Positions 8,706-23,398 are shown, counted from the stretch's first letter. The stretch is 64,000 bases of DNA from Candidatus Sumerlaeia bacterium (GCA_033764015.1 JANRJK010000046.1:202836-266835), one strand, 5' to 3'. Notes: generated by a model from the letters alone, not told the origin. Made by a program: numbers and translations.

Positions 8706-9803
8706 ATGGAATTCCGCTACGAACATTTCGACGGCTCGCTCTTCGAGAACATCAACCGCGAGAAGATGAAGCAGCTCTTCCTCGAGCTGCTCCTGAAGAC
8801 CTCCGGCAACGCCGAGATGGCGCTGAAGTACCTGAAGCGCCTCTTCGACCAGCACAACCTCGAGCAGGCGCTCGGCATGTCCTTCGCCGAGTTCCGCGAG
8901 TGGCTGAAGGAGCAGCAGCTCCTCGAGCAGGACCGCCAGACCGGCGCCCTCGCGGCCACGCAGCGCGCGGACCGCGAGATCCAGAAGGCCGCCTTCGAGG
9001 AGATCTTCCAGGACCTCGGCAGCGACACCTTCGGCGACCACCCGGGGCGCACCGCCGGGCGCGGCGGGGACAAGCTGGCGGAAACGCGCCGCTACGCCTT
9101 CGGCGACGAAATCGTCGACATCGACTTCACCTCCTCCATCGGCAACGCGGTCCGCCGCAGCGGCGTGGACGACGACTTCCGCATGGACGAGGACGACCTC
9201 GAGACGCACCAGCGCGAACAGCTCACGAGCTGCGCCACGGTGATCCTGATCGACATCAGCCACTCGATGATCCTGTACGGCGAGGACCGCATCACGCCGG
9301 CGAAGAAGGTGGCCATGGCGCTGATCGAGTACATCCAGCAGCGCTACCCGAAGGACTCCATCGACGTCGCGCTGTTCGGCGACGAGGCGGTCGAGGTGCC
9401 GGCCGCGGAGGTGGCGCGGGTCAGCGTGGGGCCCTTCCACACGAACACCAAGGCGGGGCTGCAGCTCGCCCAGCGCCTCCTGCTCCGCCGCAAGGCGGTC
9501 AACAAGCAGGTCTTCATGATCACCGACGGCAAGCCCTCCGCGATCACGGAGCAGGGCGAACTCTACAAGAACCCCTTCGGCCTCGATCCCAAGATCGTGA
9601 CGCAGACCATCAACGAGGCGACGCAGCTCCGGCGGAAGGGCATCACGATCACGACGTTCATGATCACGACCGACCCCCACCTGCAGGACTTCGTGGACCG
9701 CATGACGAAGGCGAACAAGGGGCGCGCCTACTACGCGAGCCTCGACAACCTCGGCTCGTTCATCTTCGCCGACTACGCCAAGAACAAGAAGAAGCGGGTG
9801 TGA
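8706..9803 (+). CDS. von Willebrand factor A (vWA) domain protein
   Basis: MIDAS motif DISHSM, HTNTKAGL, MITDGKPS; resembles vWA proteins that partner AAA+ chelatase-like ATPases. Confidence 0.88.
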   Translation: MEFRYEHFDGSLFENINREKMKQLFLELLLKTSGNAEMALKYLKRLFDQHNLEQALGMSFAEFREWLKEQQLLEQDRQTGALAATQRADREIQKAAFEEIFQDLGSDTFGDHPGRTAGRGGDKLAETRRYAFGDEIVDIDFTSSIGNAVRRSGVDDDFRMDEDDLETHQREQLTSCATVILIDISHSMILYGEDRITPAKKVAMALIEYIQQRYPKDSIDVALFGDEAVEVPAAEVARVSVGPFHTNTKAGLQLAQRLLLRRKAVNKQVFMITDGKPSAITEQGELYKNPFGLDPKIVTQTINEATQLRRKGITITTFMITTDPHLQDFVDRMTKANKGRAYYASLDNLGSFIFADYAKNKKKRV

Positions 9804-10696
9804 GCGCCGCCGCGGCCCCGCGGTGGGCCGGCGCGCTGCGGGCGCTCCCCGCCAACCCGATGTTCCGCCACTTCCTGCGGCGCGACCTGCGGGTTTCGCA
9901 GCTCCTCATGCTCGCCTACGTGACGCTGGTCTTCGTGGGCGCGCTCGCGATGCTCAAGATGCGCTTCACCAGCACGCCCGAGACGGTGCTGCTCTACGGG
10001 GCGCTGCGCTGGGGGCTCGGCGAGTTCCTCTGGTGCTGGATGGCGGCGGACCACGCGTTCTCGACGCTGGGGCGCGCGCGGCGGCAGGGGCGGCTTCGGG
10101 ACTGGCTGCTGACGCCGCTCGGCGCGCAGGACATCGGCGGCGGCTTCGTCGCCTCGACGGTGCTGCTGCTCGCGGCCGGCTGCGTCGGAGCGGGTGTGGG
10201 CGAAGCGCTCTTCGCGTACCATCCACGGCTCGGCAACAACCTCGAAGCGCTCAACATCCCCTGGTTCGCCTTCGGCGCGGGGGTGCTCTTCCCGGTCGCG
10301 GCGACCGCGAGCCACCTCGCGACGTGCCTCTGGGCGGCGGCGCACTCCTCCGAGCGCGCGCTCGGCGCCGCGCCCGGCGCGCTCGCCTGGGCGCGGACGC
10401 TCGCCTCGCAGGGCTTCCGCCTCGCGGTGGTCGTGGCGGCGTCGCTCCTCGCCACGGCCATGGCGACGATCCCGCTCTGGCAGTGGGCGCTCGACGCGGT
10501 CCGCGCGGACTCCGTGCCCGGCGCCTTTTCCGACCTCGCGAGCGCGCGCCTGCACACCGCCGCGGTCGCCAGCCTCGCGGTCTTCACGCTGCTCACGATC
10601 GGATCGAAGCTGCTGATGGCCGCGCACCGGCTGCGCGCCGTGCGCGGGGCGCTCGCCGCGGAGCACCTGGCGGAGGGCCCCGCGGAGAACTCCTGA
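9800..10696 (+). CDS. Integral membrane protein (ABC-2 permease-like)
   Basis: GTGA overlap with upstream stop; about 6 hydrophobic segments; NPMFRHFLRR and RRQGRLRDWLLTPL resemble ABC-2-type permease motifs. Confidence 0.65.
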   Translation: MSAAAAPRWAGALRALPANPMFRHFLRRDLRVSQLLMLAYVTLVFVGALAMLKMRFTSTPETVLLYGALRWGLGEFLWCWMAADHAFSTLGRARRQGRLRDWLLTPLGAQDIGGGFVASTVLLLAAGCVGAGVGEALFAYHPRLGNNLEALNIPWFAFGAGVLFPVAATASHLATCLWAAAHSSERALGAAPGALAWARTLASQGFRLAVVVAASLLATAMATIPLWQWALDAVRADSVPGAFSDLASARLHTAAVASLAVFTLLTIGSKLLMAAHRLRAVRGALAAEHLAEGPAENS

Positions 10697-10741
10697 GCCG
10701 CGCCGCTTGCGCACCGCGCCCCGGGCCCGCAAGCGTCCACC

Positions 10742-12433
10742 ATGCGCTCCGAAGCCGACTCCCCGCGCCGCTGGTTCGCGCTGCTGGCCGTCCTTTGCCT
10801 CGCCGCCTTCGCCCCGGCGCTGCGGGCCGGGCTCTTCTGGGACGACCACGTCGTCATCCGCTACGACGGCCCCATCGCCGACAACGCCACCTTCGCCCGC
10901 CTCCTCACCGGGCGCTGCGTGCTGTTCCCCGAGGGCGCCTACAACTACTTCCGCCCCGTCGTGGACCTCTCGTTCCTTCTCGAGTTCCGCGTGGCGGAGG
11001 CGCATCCGCTCCTCTACCACCTGACGAACCTGGCGCTGCACCTCGGGAACGCGCTGCTGGCGCTGGGGCTACTGCGCCGCATCCCCGGGGTGTCCCCGTG
11101 GGCGGCGTTCGCCGGCGCCGCGCTGTTCTCGCTGCATCCGCTGCAGGTCGAATCGGTCCTATGGCCCGCGGCGCGGCCGGCGATGCTCGCGGTGCTCTTC
11201 GCGCAGCTCGCCGCGCTGGCGGCGCTCGGCGCCATGGCGGCGTCCGGGGCGAAGCGGGCGGCCCTCCTCGCCGCGGGCTGGCTCTGCTACGCGCTGTCGC
11301 TCGGCTCGAAGGAGGTCGCCCTCGTGTTCGGCATCGCCGCGGGGCTGTCCCTCGCGCATCCCGCCGCGCGCGCGTCCGCCGGGCGTGGCGCACTTCGGCT
11401 CGCGGTCGCGGGGCATCTGGCGCTGCTGCTCGGCTACCTGGTCTTCGTGCGCGGCACCATCGGCTCGCTGCCGAGTCCGCTCCGCGACGGGCTCGCCGTC
11501 TACCTGTGGCGCCAGCTCGGGGCCTACGGCTTCTACCTGCGGCAGCTCCTGTGGCCGATGGACCTCTTCCCGAACTATCCGATCGACTGGGAGCTGCACC
11601 TGGGCTTCGGCGTCGCTGGGGCGGTGGTTTGCGGCGCGGTCGCGCTCGCCTTGTGGCGCGCGTTCCGCAGCTCCGGCCCCGCCGGGGGGCTCGCCTTCGC
11701 GGGGCTGCTGCTGCTCGCTGGGGGGACGGCGATCACGCATGTCGTGGGGCAGCGCGTCCTGGCCGACCGCTACCTCTACCAGGCGGTGTGGGGCCTTGCC
11801 GCGGCGTTCGCGGCGGGGTGCGGGGTGGCTGGTCCCGCGGCGCTCTCCGCGCGCGGCGCGCGGCTGGGCCTGGCGGCTCTCGCCATCACCGCGGCGCTCT
11901 CGCTGCGCCAGTCGCTCGTCTGGCTCAGCGAGGAGTCCGTCTGGCTGCACACCATCGCCATCGACCGGACGAACAACGCGGCGCACTTCAACCTGGGATT
12001 CATCAACCAGCGGCGGCGCGCCTGGGACGCCGCGATCCTCCACCTGCGCGAGTCGGCGGAGCAGCACCATCCGATGCCGAACTACATCGCCTACCGTACC
12101 GAGGCGGCGGCGGCGGAGGCCACGATCCTCGACGATCTCGGGCGCAGCGGCGAGGCGGACGCGGCGCGCCGGTTCGTGGGCCTGTGGCCGGTCTTCCGCC
12201 AGCGCGCGCTCGTCATGCGGTCGGTCGCGCTCTTCAAGCGCGGAGACCGGCGGGGCGCGCTCGAACTCGCCGCGCGATTCCGCGACGACGGCGCGCAGGA
12301 CGCGCTGGTGCACCTTGATCTCGCGCTGCTGCACGCGCGCGCGGGGGGCGATCCCGCCGTGGCGCGCCGCCAGTACGAACGGGCGCTCGAGCTCGGCGCC
12401 CCTCCGGTGCCGGAGCTCGACGCGCTGCGATGA
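10742..12433 (+). CDS. TMTC-like GT-C fold glycosyltransferase with C-terminal TPRs
   Basis: FWDDH, YFRP, YHLTNLALH, LFSLHPLQVESV, SKE, ADRYLY, WLSEESVW then TPR helices (AHFNLG). Confidence 0.85.
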   Translation: MRSEADSPRRWFALLAVLCLAAFAPALRAGLFWDDHVVIRYDGPIADNATFARLLTGRCVLFPEGAYNYFRPVVDLSFLLEFRVAEAHPLLYHLTNLALHLGNALLALGLLRRIPGVSPWAAFAGAALFSLHPLQVESVLWPAARPAMLAVLFAQLAALAALGAMAASGAKRAALLAAGWLCYALSLGSKEVALVFGIAAGLSLAHPAARASAGRGALRLAVAGHLALLLGYLVFVRGTIGSLPSPLRDGLAVYLWRQLGAYGFYLRQLLWPMDLFPNYPIDWELHLGFGVAGAVVCGAVALALWRAFRSSGPAGGLAFAGLLLLAGGTAITHVVGQRVLADRYLYQAVWGLAAAFAAGCGVAGPAALSARGARLGLAALAITAALSLRQSLVWLSEESVWLHTIAIDRTNNAAHFNLGFINQRRRAWDAAILHLRESAEQHHPMPNYIAYRTEAAAAEATILDDLGRSGEADAARRFVGLWPVFRQRALVMRSVALFKRGDRRGALELAARFRDDGAQDALVHLDLALLHARAGGDPAVARRQYERALELGAPPVPELDALR

Positions 12434-14556
12434 GCGGCGCGCCACCCGCCGCTCCGCCGACTCCGCGCGAGCCGGCCTGGTGGCCCGCCGCCCTGGCGCT
12501 GGTCCCCGCCCTCGCCGCGGCGCTCCGCTTCCACGGCCTCGCGGGGCGCGAGTTCTGGCTCGACGAGGTGCGCACGCTGCTCGACCTCGACTACCCGAGG
12601 CCGCGCCACTGGCAGCACGTCGGCTTCTTCGACGCGGCGGCGCAGCTCCGCGCCTGGTTCCCGGCGATGCCGGACGAGCTGGCGCTGCGCATCCACCCGG
12701 TCCTGTGCGGCGTCATGCTGGTGTTGGCGGCGATGGTGGCCGGGCGCTGGCTTTCGGGGCACCGCGCCGGGCTGGCGGCGGGGCTGCTCGCGGCGCTCTC
12801 GCCCGCCGCCCTGGCGTTCGCGCGAGAGGCGCGCTTCTATGCTCCCGTAGCGCTCTTCGGCGCGCTCGGCGTCGCCTGCGCGGCGCTCGCGCTGCGGACG
12901 CAGCGCCTCGGACCGCGGCTCGCGCTGGCGCTGGCGGCCGGCCTCCTCGCATGGCAGGGCGAGGCGCACCACCCCGCGGCCCTTCCCGCGCTCGGCGCCA
13001 GCGCGGCCACCGTCTGGGCGCTCGCGGCGGCCGCGTCGCACCGGGCGCTCGCGGAGCGCGCTCCCGCCGGGTGGCCCCGACGGGCGCTCCCGGCGCTTTA
13101 CGCCGCGGCGGGCGCCGGGGCCGCGCTCGCCGCGTGGCGCCTCCTCGGCGACCGCGTCCCCGCATGGGACCGGTTCGCCTTCGCGGCGACGCCGGGGGTC
13201 GAGGCGACGCCCGCCTTCTTCGCGCAGGTGCTGTCCGGCCTGCTGCTGGACGGCCGCGCGGATCCGGCCGCCGGAGCCGCTTCCCTCGCCGCGCTCCTGG
13301 CGCTTTCCGCGGGCGTCGTGTTCCTGGCCGCGGCGAGGCGGGGTGGGGGGCTGCTGCTGGCGACCCTGCCGCCGATCCTCGCGACCGTCGCGGCGGTGTT
13401 CGCCGTCACCTTCGCGCAGGTCTTCCAGCCCAAGTACGCGGTTGCGGTCCAGCCCGCGCTGCTCCTGCTGGCCGCGGGCCTCGCCGCTGAGTTCGAGGAG
13501 GTGCTCCGCGCGCGCGGGAACTCCGCGCGCATCCCGCCCCTTGCGCCGTGGATCGCGCTCGCGCTGCTCCTGCTCCCCGCGGCGCCGCGGCTGCGGGAGC
13601 AGCTCGCGCTCGAGTCCGCCGCCTTCCGGGCGCCCCTTGCGCAAGCGCTGGCGGAGCCGGAGTCCCGCGTCTTCGTCTATGGCCACGCGGCCTACCAGGC
13701 ATGGCACGCGACCCGTGCCGATCCCGGAGCGCGCGCGCGGCTCCGCCACATTCCGTGGCAGCGCAACGACGGGTCCGAGGAGGCCGCCATGCTGGCGCGC
13801 GAGGCGCAGGCCGGCCCGGCGTACTTCCTCCAGCTTTGGCCCCACGACGTGCCGCCCGCGGTGCGCGGGCTGCTCGCGCGGAGCGGGCGCGAGGTGCTCC
13901 GCGTCCCGTCCGCCCGCGGCGCCGCGCACGATTCCGTGCTCTTCCGGCTGGAGGTCCCCGGCGCGGAGGCGCCGGCGAACGCGCCGTCCTTCGGCGACCT
14001 GTCCGACCGGTGGAGCGGCATCCAGTCCGATGTCCCGCCGGGCGTCCGGGTGCTCCGCGCGCGCCGCGCCGCGCACGGCCCCGCCGCCCGCCCCGCGGAC
14101 CAGTGGCTCGCCCTGACGCCCGCGACGCTCGCACCGCTGCCGGACGCGCCCGAGGGCGCGCGCTTCCGCTACGCGCCGCACGCGGTCGGCAGGGTGGTGT
14201 CGCCGATGCTCGATGTGGCAGGGGCGGAGTGGGTCGAGGGAGTGGTCGAACTGCGCCTCGACGAGTGCTGGGGCGCGGAGGCGAACGCGCTGCTGCTCTT
14301 CACCGACCGCCGGGGCGCGCTGGTCGCGGAACGCGAAGCCTCCGGACCGCTGCTGCGCTGCCGGGTCGAGTGGGAGCCCGCGACGGAACCGCTGCGCGGC
14401 GGGCGCTTCCACCGGCTGGCCTTCCGGTCGCCGGTGCCGGAGGGCGCGGAGCGCGCCGCGGTGGTCATCGTGCTGCATCCCGCGACGCGGCGCTTTCCGG
14501 CGGCGCGGAACGAGGTGCGCTTCGGGTTGTGCGAGCTGCGGGCGCTGGCCCGCTAG
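12430..14556 (+). CDS. GT-C fold (PMT/GT39-like) membrane glycosyltransferase with large C-terminal soluble domain
   Basis: ATGA overlap; FWLDE motif in first loop, LAALSP..LAFAREARFYA, multiple TM helices, PKYA motif. Confidence 0.75.
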   Translation: MSGAPPAAPPTPREPAWWPAALALVPALAAALRFHGLAGREFWLDEVRTLLDLDYPRPRHWQHVGFFDAAAQLRAWFPAMPDELALRIHPVLCGVMLVLAAMVAGRWLSGHRAGLAAGLLAALSPAALAFAREARFYAPVALFGALGVACAALALRTQRLGPRLALALAAGLLAWQGEAHHPAALPALGASAATVWALAAAASHRALAERAPAGWPRRALPALYAAAGAGAALAAWRLLGDRVPAWDRFAFAATPGVEATPAFFAQVLSGLLLDGRADPAAGAASLAALLALSAGVVFLAAARRGGGLLLATLPPILATVAAVFAVTFAQVFQPKYAVAVQPALLLLAAGLAAEFEEVLRARGNSARIPPLAPWIALALLLLPAAPRLREQLALESAAFRAPLAQALAEPESRVFVYGHAAYQAWHATRADPGARARLRHIPWQRNDGSEEAAMLAREAQAGPAYFLQLWPHDVPPAVRGLLARSGREVLRVPSARGAAHDSVLFRLEVPGAEAPANAPSFGDLSDRWSGIQSDVPPGVRVLRARRAAHGPAARPADQWLALTPATLAPLPDAPEGARFRYAPHAVGRVVSPMLDVAGAEWVEGVVELRLDECWGAEANALLLFTDRRGALVAEREASGPLLRCRVEWEPATEPLRGGRFHRLAFRSPVPEGAERAAVVIVLHPATRRFPAARNEVRFGLCELRALAR

Positions 14557-14560
14557 GCCT

Positions 14561-16072
14561 TCAGTTGCCGCCGCGGAGCACGCGGTCCTCGAGCGTCTGG
14601 AGCGCCTCGGCGAGCTGCCGGTCCGTGCGGGCGGACGCCTCCATCTTCTTGCACGCGTAGATGACGGAGGTGTGGTCCTTGCCGCCGAACTTGAGCGCGA
14701 TGTCGGGGAAGCTGAGGTCGGTGAGCTTGCGGCAGAGGTACTGCGCCATGTGGCGGGGGCGGCTGAACTTCTTCGAGCGGTTCTTGCCGAGCAGGTCGCT
14801 GATCTTGATCTGGAAGTAGTCGCAGACGGCGCGCTGCACGTCCTCGGGGCAGATCGCGCGCGAGGCGTCGCTCTGCGTGCCGGTGCCAAGCACCTCGCGG
14901 GCGAGCGCCAGGTCGATGGAGCGCCCGTGCAGGCTGGCGTAGACGCGCAGCCGCTTGAGCATCCCCTCGAGTTCGCGGACGTTCGACGTGACGCGCTCGG
15001 CGACGAAGATGGCGACCTCCGTCGGGAGCATCATGCGCTCGATCTCCGCCTTCTTGCGGAGGATCGCGACGCGCGTCTCGAGGTCCGGCGGCTGGATGTC
15101 GACAAGGAGGCCCCATTCGAAGCGCGAGCGGAGCCGGTCCTCGAGCGCCTGCAGGTCCTTCGGCGCGCGGTCCGAGCTGACCACCACCTTCTTCCCCGCC
15201 TCGCACAGCGCGTTGAAGGTGTGGAAGAACTCCATCTGCGAGCGGTCCTTCCCCATGAGGAACTGCACGTCGTCGATCAGCAGCAGGTCCACGTTGCGGT
15301 AGTAGGAGCGGAAGTCGTTCGATTTGCGGTGCTGGATCGAGTCGATGAAGTGGTTGATGAACTGCTCGGAGGTCACGTAGAGGACGCGGACCTTGCCGTC
15401 GGCCTTGAGCATCTTGTGGCCGATGCCCTGCATGAGGTGCGTCTTGCCGAGGCCGGTGCCGCCGTAGATGAAGAGCGGGTGGAAGCCGTTCGAGCGGGGG
15501 TCGGCGACCGCGTTGGCGGCGGCGTGGGCGTAGCGGTTGCTCTCGCCGATGATGAACTCGTCGAAGCGGTAGCGCGGGTTGAGGCGGTTGTACGCGCCCA
15601 CTTGGAACGGGGCCGCGTCGGTGCTTGCGGGAGGCGAGCTGTCGGTGGCGTCGGCCGCCTTCGCACGCGGTGTTCCCCGCAGCTTGCGCGCCGTTCCGTT
15701 GGAACCTGTGGGGTCGTCCGCTACCTCGGCGTCATCCTCGAAGAACGTCTGCTGCACCGGCGCCGTGCCGTTCACGGCGGGCAGCTCGCGGCGCCCGCGT
15801 CCGCCCTCGTCGAGGTCCTCGCAGATCACGATCTCGAGTTCGACCGGCTCCTGCGCGGCGGTCTCGAGCGCGGCCTCGATCTTCGCGCGGAAGCGCTTGT
15901 TGATCCAGCGGCGGAAGAACTCGTTCGGCACCGCGAGGGACACCGGCGCGTCCGGGGAGTCGGGGAAGGTGACCCGCGACTTGCCGAGCCAGGCGCGCAC
16001 GTTCGGCTCGCCGATGTCCTGGCGCAAGAGGTCGAGGGTCTGTTCCCACACATCCTCTGACAGACGTGGCAT
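14561..16072 (-). CDS. dnaA: Chromosomal replication initiator protein DnaA
   Basis: LNPRYRFDEFIIG, Walker A GGTGLGKTHL, LLLIDDVQFL, FFHTFNAL, RLRSRFEWGL, NVRELEG, FGGKDHTSV; probable ATG at 16072. Confidence 0.97.
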   Translation of the reverse strand: MPRLSEDVWEQTLDLLRQDIGEPNVRAWLGKSRVTFPDSPDAPVSLAVPNEFFRRWINKRFRAKIEAALETAAQEPVELEIVICEDLDEGGRGRRELPAVNGTAPVQQTFFEDDAEVADDPTGSNGTARKLRGTPRAKAADATDSSPPASTDAAPFQVGAYNRLNPRYRFDEFIIGESNRYAHAAANAVADPRSNGFHPLFIYGGTGLGKTHLMQGIGHKMLKADGKVRVLYVTSEQFINHFIDSIQHRKSNDFRSYYRNVDLLLIDDVQFLMGKDRSQMEFFHTFNALCEAGKKVVVSSDRAPKDLQALEDRLRSRFEWGLLVDIQPPDLETRVAILRKKAEIERMMLPTEVAIFVAERVTSNVRELEGMLKRLRVYASLHGRSIDLALAREVLGTGTQSDASRAICPEDVQRAVCDYFQIKISDLLGKNRSKKFSRPRHMAQYLCRKLTDLSFPDIALKFGGKDHTSVIYACKKMEASARTDRQLAEALQTLEDRVLRGGN

Positions 16073-16148
16073 CGCGTTCGAGCTCCGGGGTGTGGCGAGG
16101 GGGGTGTCGCTCAAGTAAGGACCGGGATACGGGGGGAGGGCCCGGTCC

Positions 16149-17186
16149 TCAAGGCTTTTCTCCGGCGCCGAAGTCGCGGCGCGCGATGAACTCAAGTGAA
16201 ACAAGACCAATCTTCTGTAAGGTTTCCGCGGAAACCGCCGACAGGTCGTCGCGGACCGTATGGTGCTCTGGATACTCAAGATCGATCACGTTGATGTACG
16301 GAAATCCACGCTGCTGGTAGGGAACCGGATCATCGATGATGAATCCGGTCGCTTCGGACACGAAGAGGTCCGGGTAAAGCTCTTTACCAAGTGTCCAGAA
16401 CTCGTCGACGAGTTCCGGCTGGAAGCGAAGGCTATAAGATTCCTTCCGAAATCTCGGATCCTTCTTCTCACCCACCATGTCGAGGTTGACCCCGGCCTCG
16501 AAACGGTCCTTCGGCTGCCACTGCGCGGCGAGCAGGTCCGCGCCGTAGGCGTACTCGCCGAACGGGTGGGGGCCGCTCATGTTCGGAGGGTAGCCTTGGT
16601 CCTCGGCGTCGTGCATCAGAATGATAATGCCAACATTTTCAGGCGGGTGGGCTTGGATCGCGCGGGCCATTTCGAGGAGCACGGCGACCGCCGAGCCGCC
16701 GTCGTTGGCTCCCGGGACCGGGAGGCGGCGCTCGGAGGCGGTCGACTTCGGCGAGTCGGCGTGCAGCCGGGTGTCGAAGTGCGCGCTGTACAGGATGCGG
16801 CGGGGCCGTTCGGGCTTCCAGCGGGCGATCACGTGGCGGATCGGCATCACGCCGCCGCCGGCGATCTTGGGGCGGAACGTGCCCAGATCGATCACCTCGA
16901 CGGCGAAGCCGACCTTCTTCAATTCGGAGGCCATCCAGTTGATTTGCCGGTCGTGGCCGGGGGTGCCCGGGATGCGGGGGCCGAATGCGAGCTGCTTCTC
17001 GACGTCGCGGAAGGCGCGCTCGCCGTCGAACGCCTGCGCCAGCGCCGAGAGCCGGGGAGCGGCGGGCGCCGATGCCTCGAGCGTCGCGGTGGTCGGCGCG
17101 TCGGACGCGTGCTGGGCGGCGGCGGGGCTCCAGGCGAGGAGCGCCGCCAGCAGCAGCGCGGCGGTCCGGTGGGCGTTGGTTGTCAT
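16149..17186 (-). CDS. Exported M28-family metallo-enzyme, glutaminyl cyclase (type II)-like
   Basis: Signal peptide LLAWSPAAA-Q; FGPRIPGTPGH, SAHFDTR, GANDGGSAVAVLLEMAR, DAEDQG, LDMVG, HHTVRD. Confidence 0.82.
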   Translation of the reverse strand: MTTNAHRTAALLLAALLAWSPAAAQHASDAPTTATLEASAPAAPRLSALAQAFDGERAFRDVEKQLAFGPRIPGTPGHDRQINWMASELKKVGFAVEVIDLGTFRPKIAGGGVMPIRHVIARWKPERPRRILYSAHFDTRLHADSPKSTASERRLPVPGANDGGSAVAVLLEMARAIQAHPPENVGIIILMHDAEDQGYPPNMSGPHPFGEYAYGADLLAAQWQPKDRFEAGVNLDMVGEKKDPRFRKESYSLRFQPELVDEFWTLGKELYPDLFVSEATGFIIDDPVPYQQRGFPYINVIDLEYPEHHTVRDDLSAVSAETLQKIGLVSLEFIARRDFGAGEKP

Positions 17187-17339
17187 GGGGGCGTTCCTCC
17201 TCCGGGCTGGCAAGGCTCGCGGCTCGGCGGCGCCGCGTGCAACCGAACAACCGACGGGGAGCGCCCTGCGTTTGGCCACGCCCCCGCCGCCACGCGGGTG
17301 CCTGTTGCCCGCCGGGCGGCCGGCGGGCGCAATCCGGCC

Positions 17340-17891
17340 ATGCCGACGCCCGAGCCGCACCGCATGGATCCGGACCAGCCATCGCCCCACTCGGCGGCGA
17401 ACAAGGCGGCGCGGCTGCTCTGGGCGGTCGCCTACCATGGCGTGTTCCGCTGGACTCCGCCCCCGCTGCATGGCGTTCGGCGCGCGGTGCTGCGGCTGTT
17501 CGGCGCGCGGATCGGGAGCGGCGCCTACGTGCACCCGTCGGTTCGGATCTGGGCGCCCTGGAATCTGCGGCTCGGGGCGCAGGCGTGCCTCGGGCCGGGC
17601 GTGGAGTGCTACAACGTGGCGACGGTCTCCGTCGGCGCGCGGAGCACCGTGTCGCAGCGGGCGACGCTGTGCGCCGCGACGCACGACCACCGCGATGCGC
17701 GGATGCCGCTGGTTCCCCGCCCGATCGCCATCGGCCCGGAGGCGTGGATCGCCATGGAGGCGTTCATCGGGCCCGGGGTGCGCGTGGGTGCGCGGGCGGT
17801 GGTCGGCGCGCGGGCGGTCGCGGTGCGCGACGTGCCCGCCGGGTGGGTCGCCGCGGGCAACCCCTGCCGCCCGGTGCGGCGCCGCTGGTAG
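17340..17891 (+). CDS. WcaF-like polysaccharide O-acetyltransferase
   Basis: LRLFGARIG, PSVRIWAPWNL, VSQRATLCAATHD, AFIGPGV, AGNP. Confidence 0.85.
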   Translation: MPTPEPHRMDPDQPSPHSAANKAARLLWAVAYHGVFRWTPPPLHGVRRAVLRLFGARIGSGAYVHPSVRIWAPWNLRLGAQACLGPGVECYNVATVSVGARSTVSQRATLCAATHDHRDARMPLVPRPIAIGPEAWIAMEAFIGPGVRVGARAVVGARAVAVRDVPAGWVAAGNPCRPVRRRW

Positions 17892-17894
17892 CGG

Positions 17895-21320
<3,426 letters not shown>

Positions 21321-21378
21321 CAGCGGGGACGTATCGTCGGGTGGGGCATGGGCGGGCAAGCGGCGTGCCCGCGCCCGC

Positions 21379-21684
21379 TCACCGCCGTCCGGCGCGGTAG
21401 CGCGCGACCAGGTCGCGCAGCGCGAGGGCGAACAGCGCGGCGAGGCCGGCGTCGTCCAGCGTGCCCAGCACGGGGATGAAGTCCGGGATGATGTCGACCG
21501 GCGACATCAGGTAGAGCAGGCCGAGGAGGATTGTGACGGGCACCCACTTGGGGAAGCGGTAGCGCGGGTCCCGCACCATGCCCCAGAGCGTGCGCAGGTC
21601 GTCGAGGATGCCGGTGGCCGCGTCGGCGGCGGTGGTGCCGCGGCGCTCGTCGAGGAGCTTGTGGATGCGGCGCTGGTCGGCCAT
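21379..21684 (-). CDS. YkvA/DUF1232 family small membrane protein
   Basis: LYLMSPVDIIPDFIPVLGTLDD signature. Confidence 0.9.
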   Translation of the reverse strand: MADQRRIHKLLDERRGTTAADAATGILDDLRTLWGMVRDPRYRFPKWVPVTILLGLLYLMSPVDIIPDFIPVLGTLDDAGLAALFALALRDLVARYRAGRR

Positions 21685-21780
21685 GGCGCGGGGCTCCTTG
21701 GGCTGGAATGGCGCGGGCGGCGTGCCCTGAGGGGAGACGCCGCCCGCGCGACCTGTTGCGAATGCTACCGCCCGGGGGCG

Positions 21781-23271
<1,491 letters not shown>

Positions 23272-23398
23272 CGTTGCGATGTCCTTGCTTGGTTTGGTCG
23301 TGGTTCGGAACTGGTGGTAACTCGGAATGTGGATGGGCGGCGCGTGGTCCGGGCTGCGTTCCGGAGGGCGCCGGGGGGTGGAAGCGGAGCGAAGCGGG

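Noticed and set aside
16041..16050. DnaA-box-like TTCCCACA near the dnaA start
   Set aside because: A single degenerate match inside the coding sequence; insufficient for an origin or autoregulatory call
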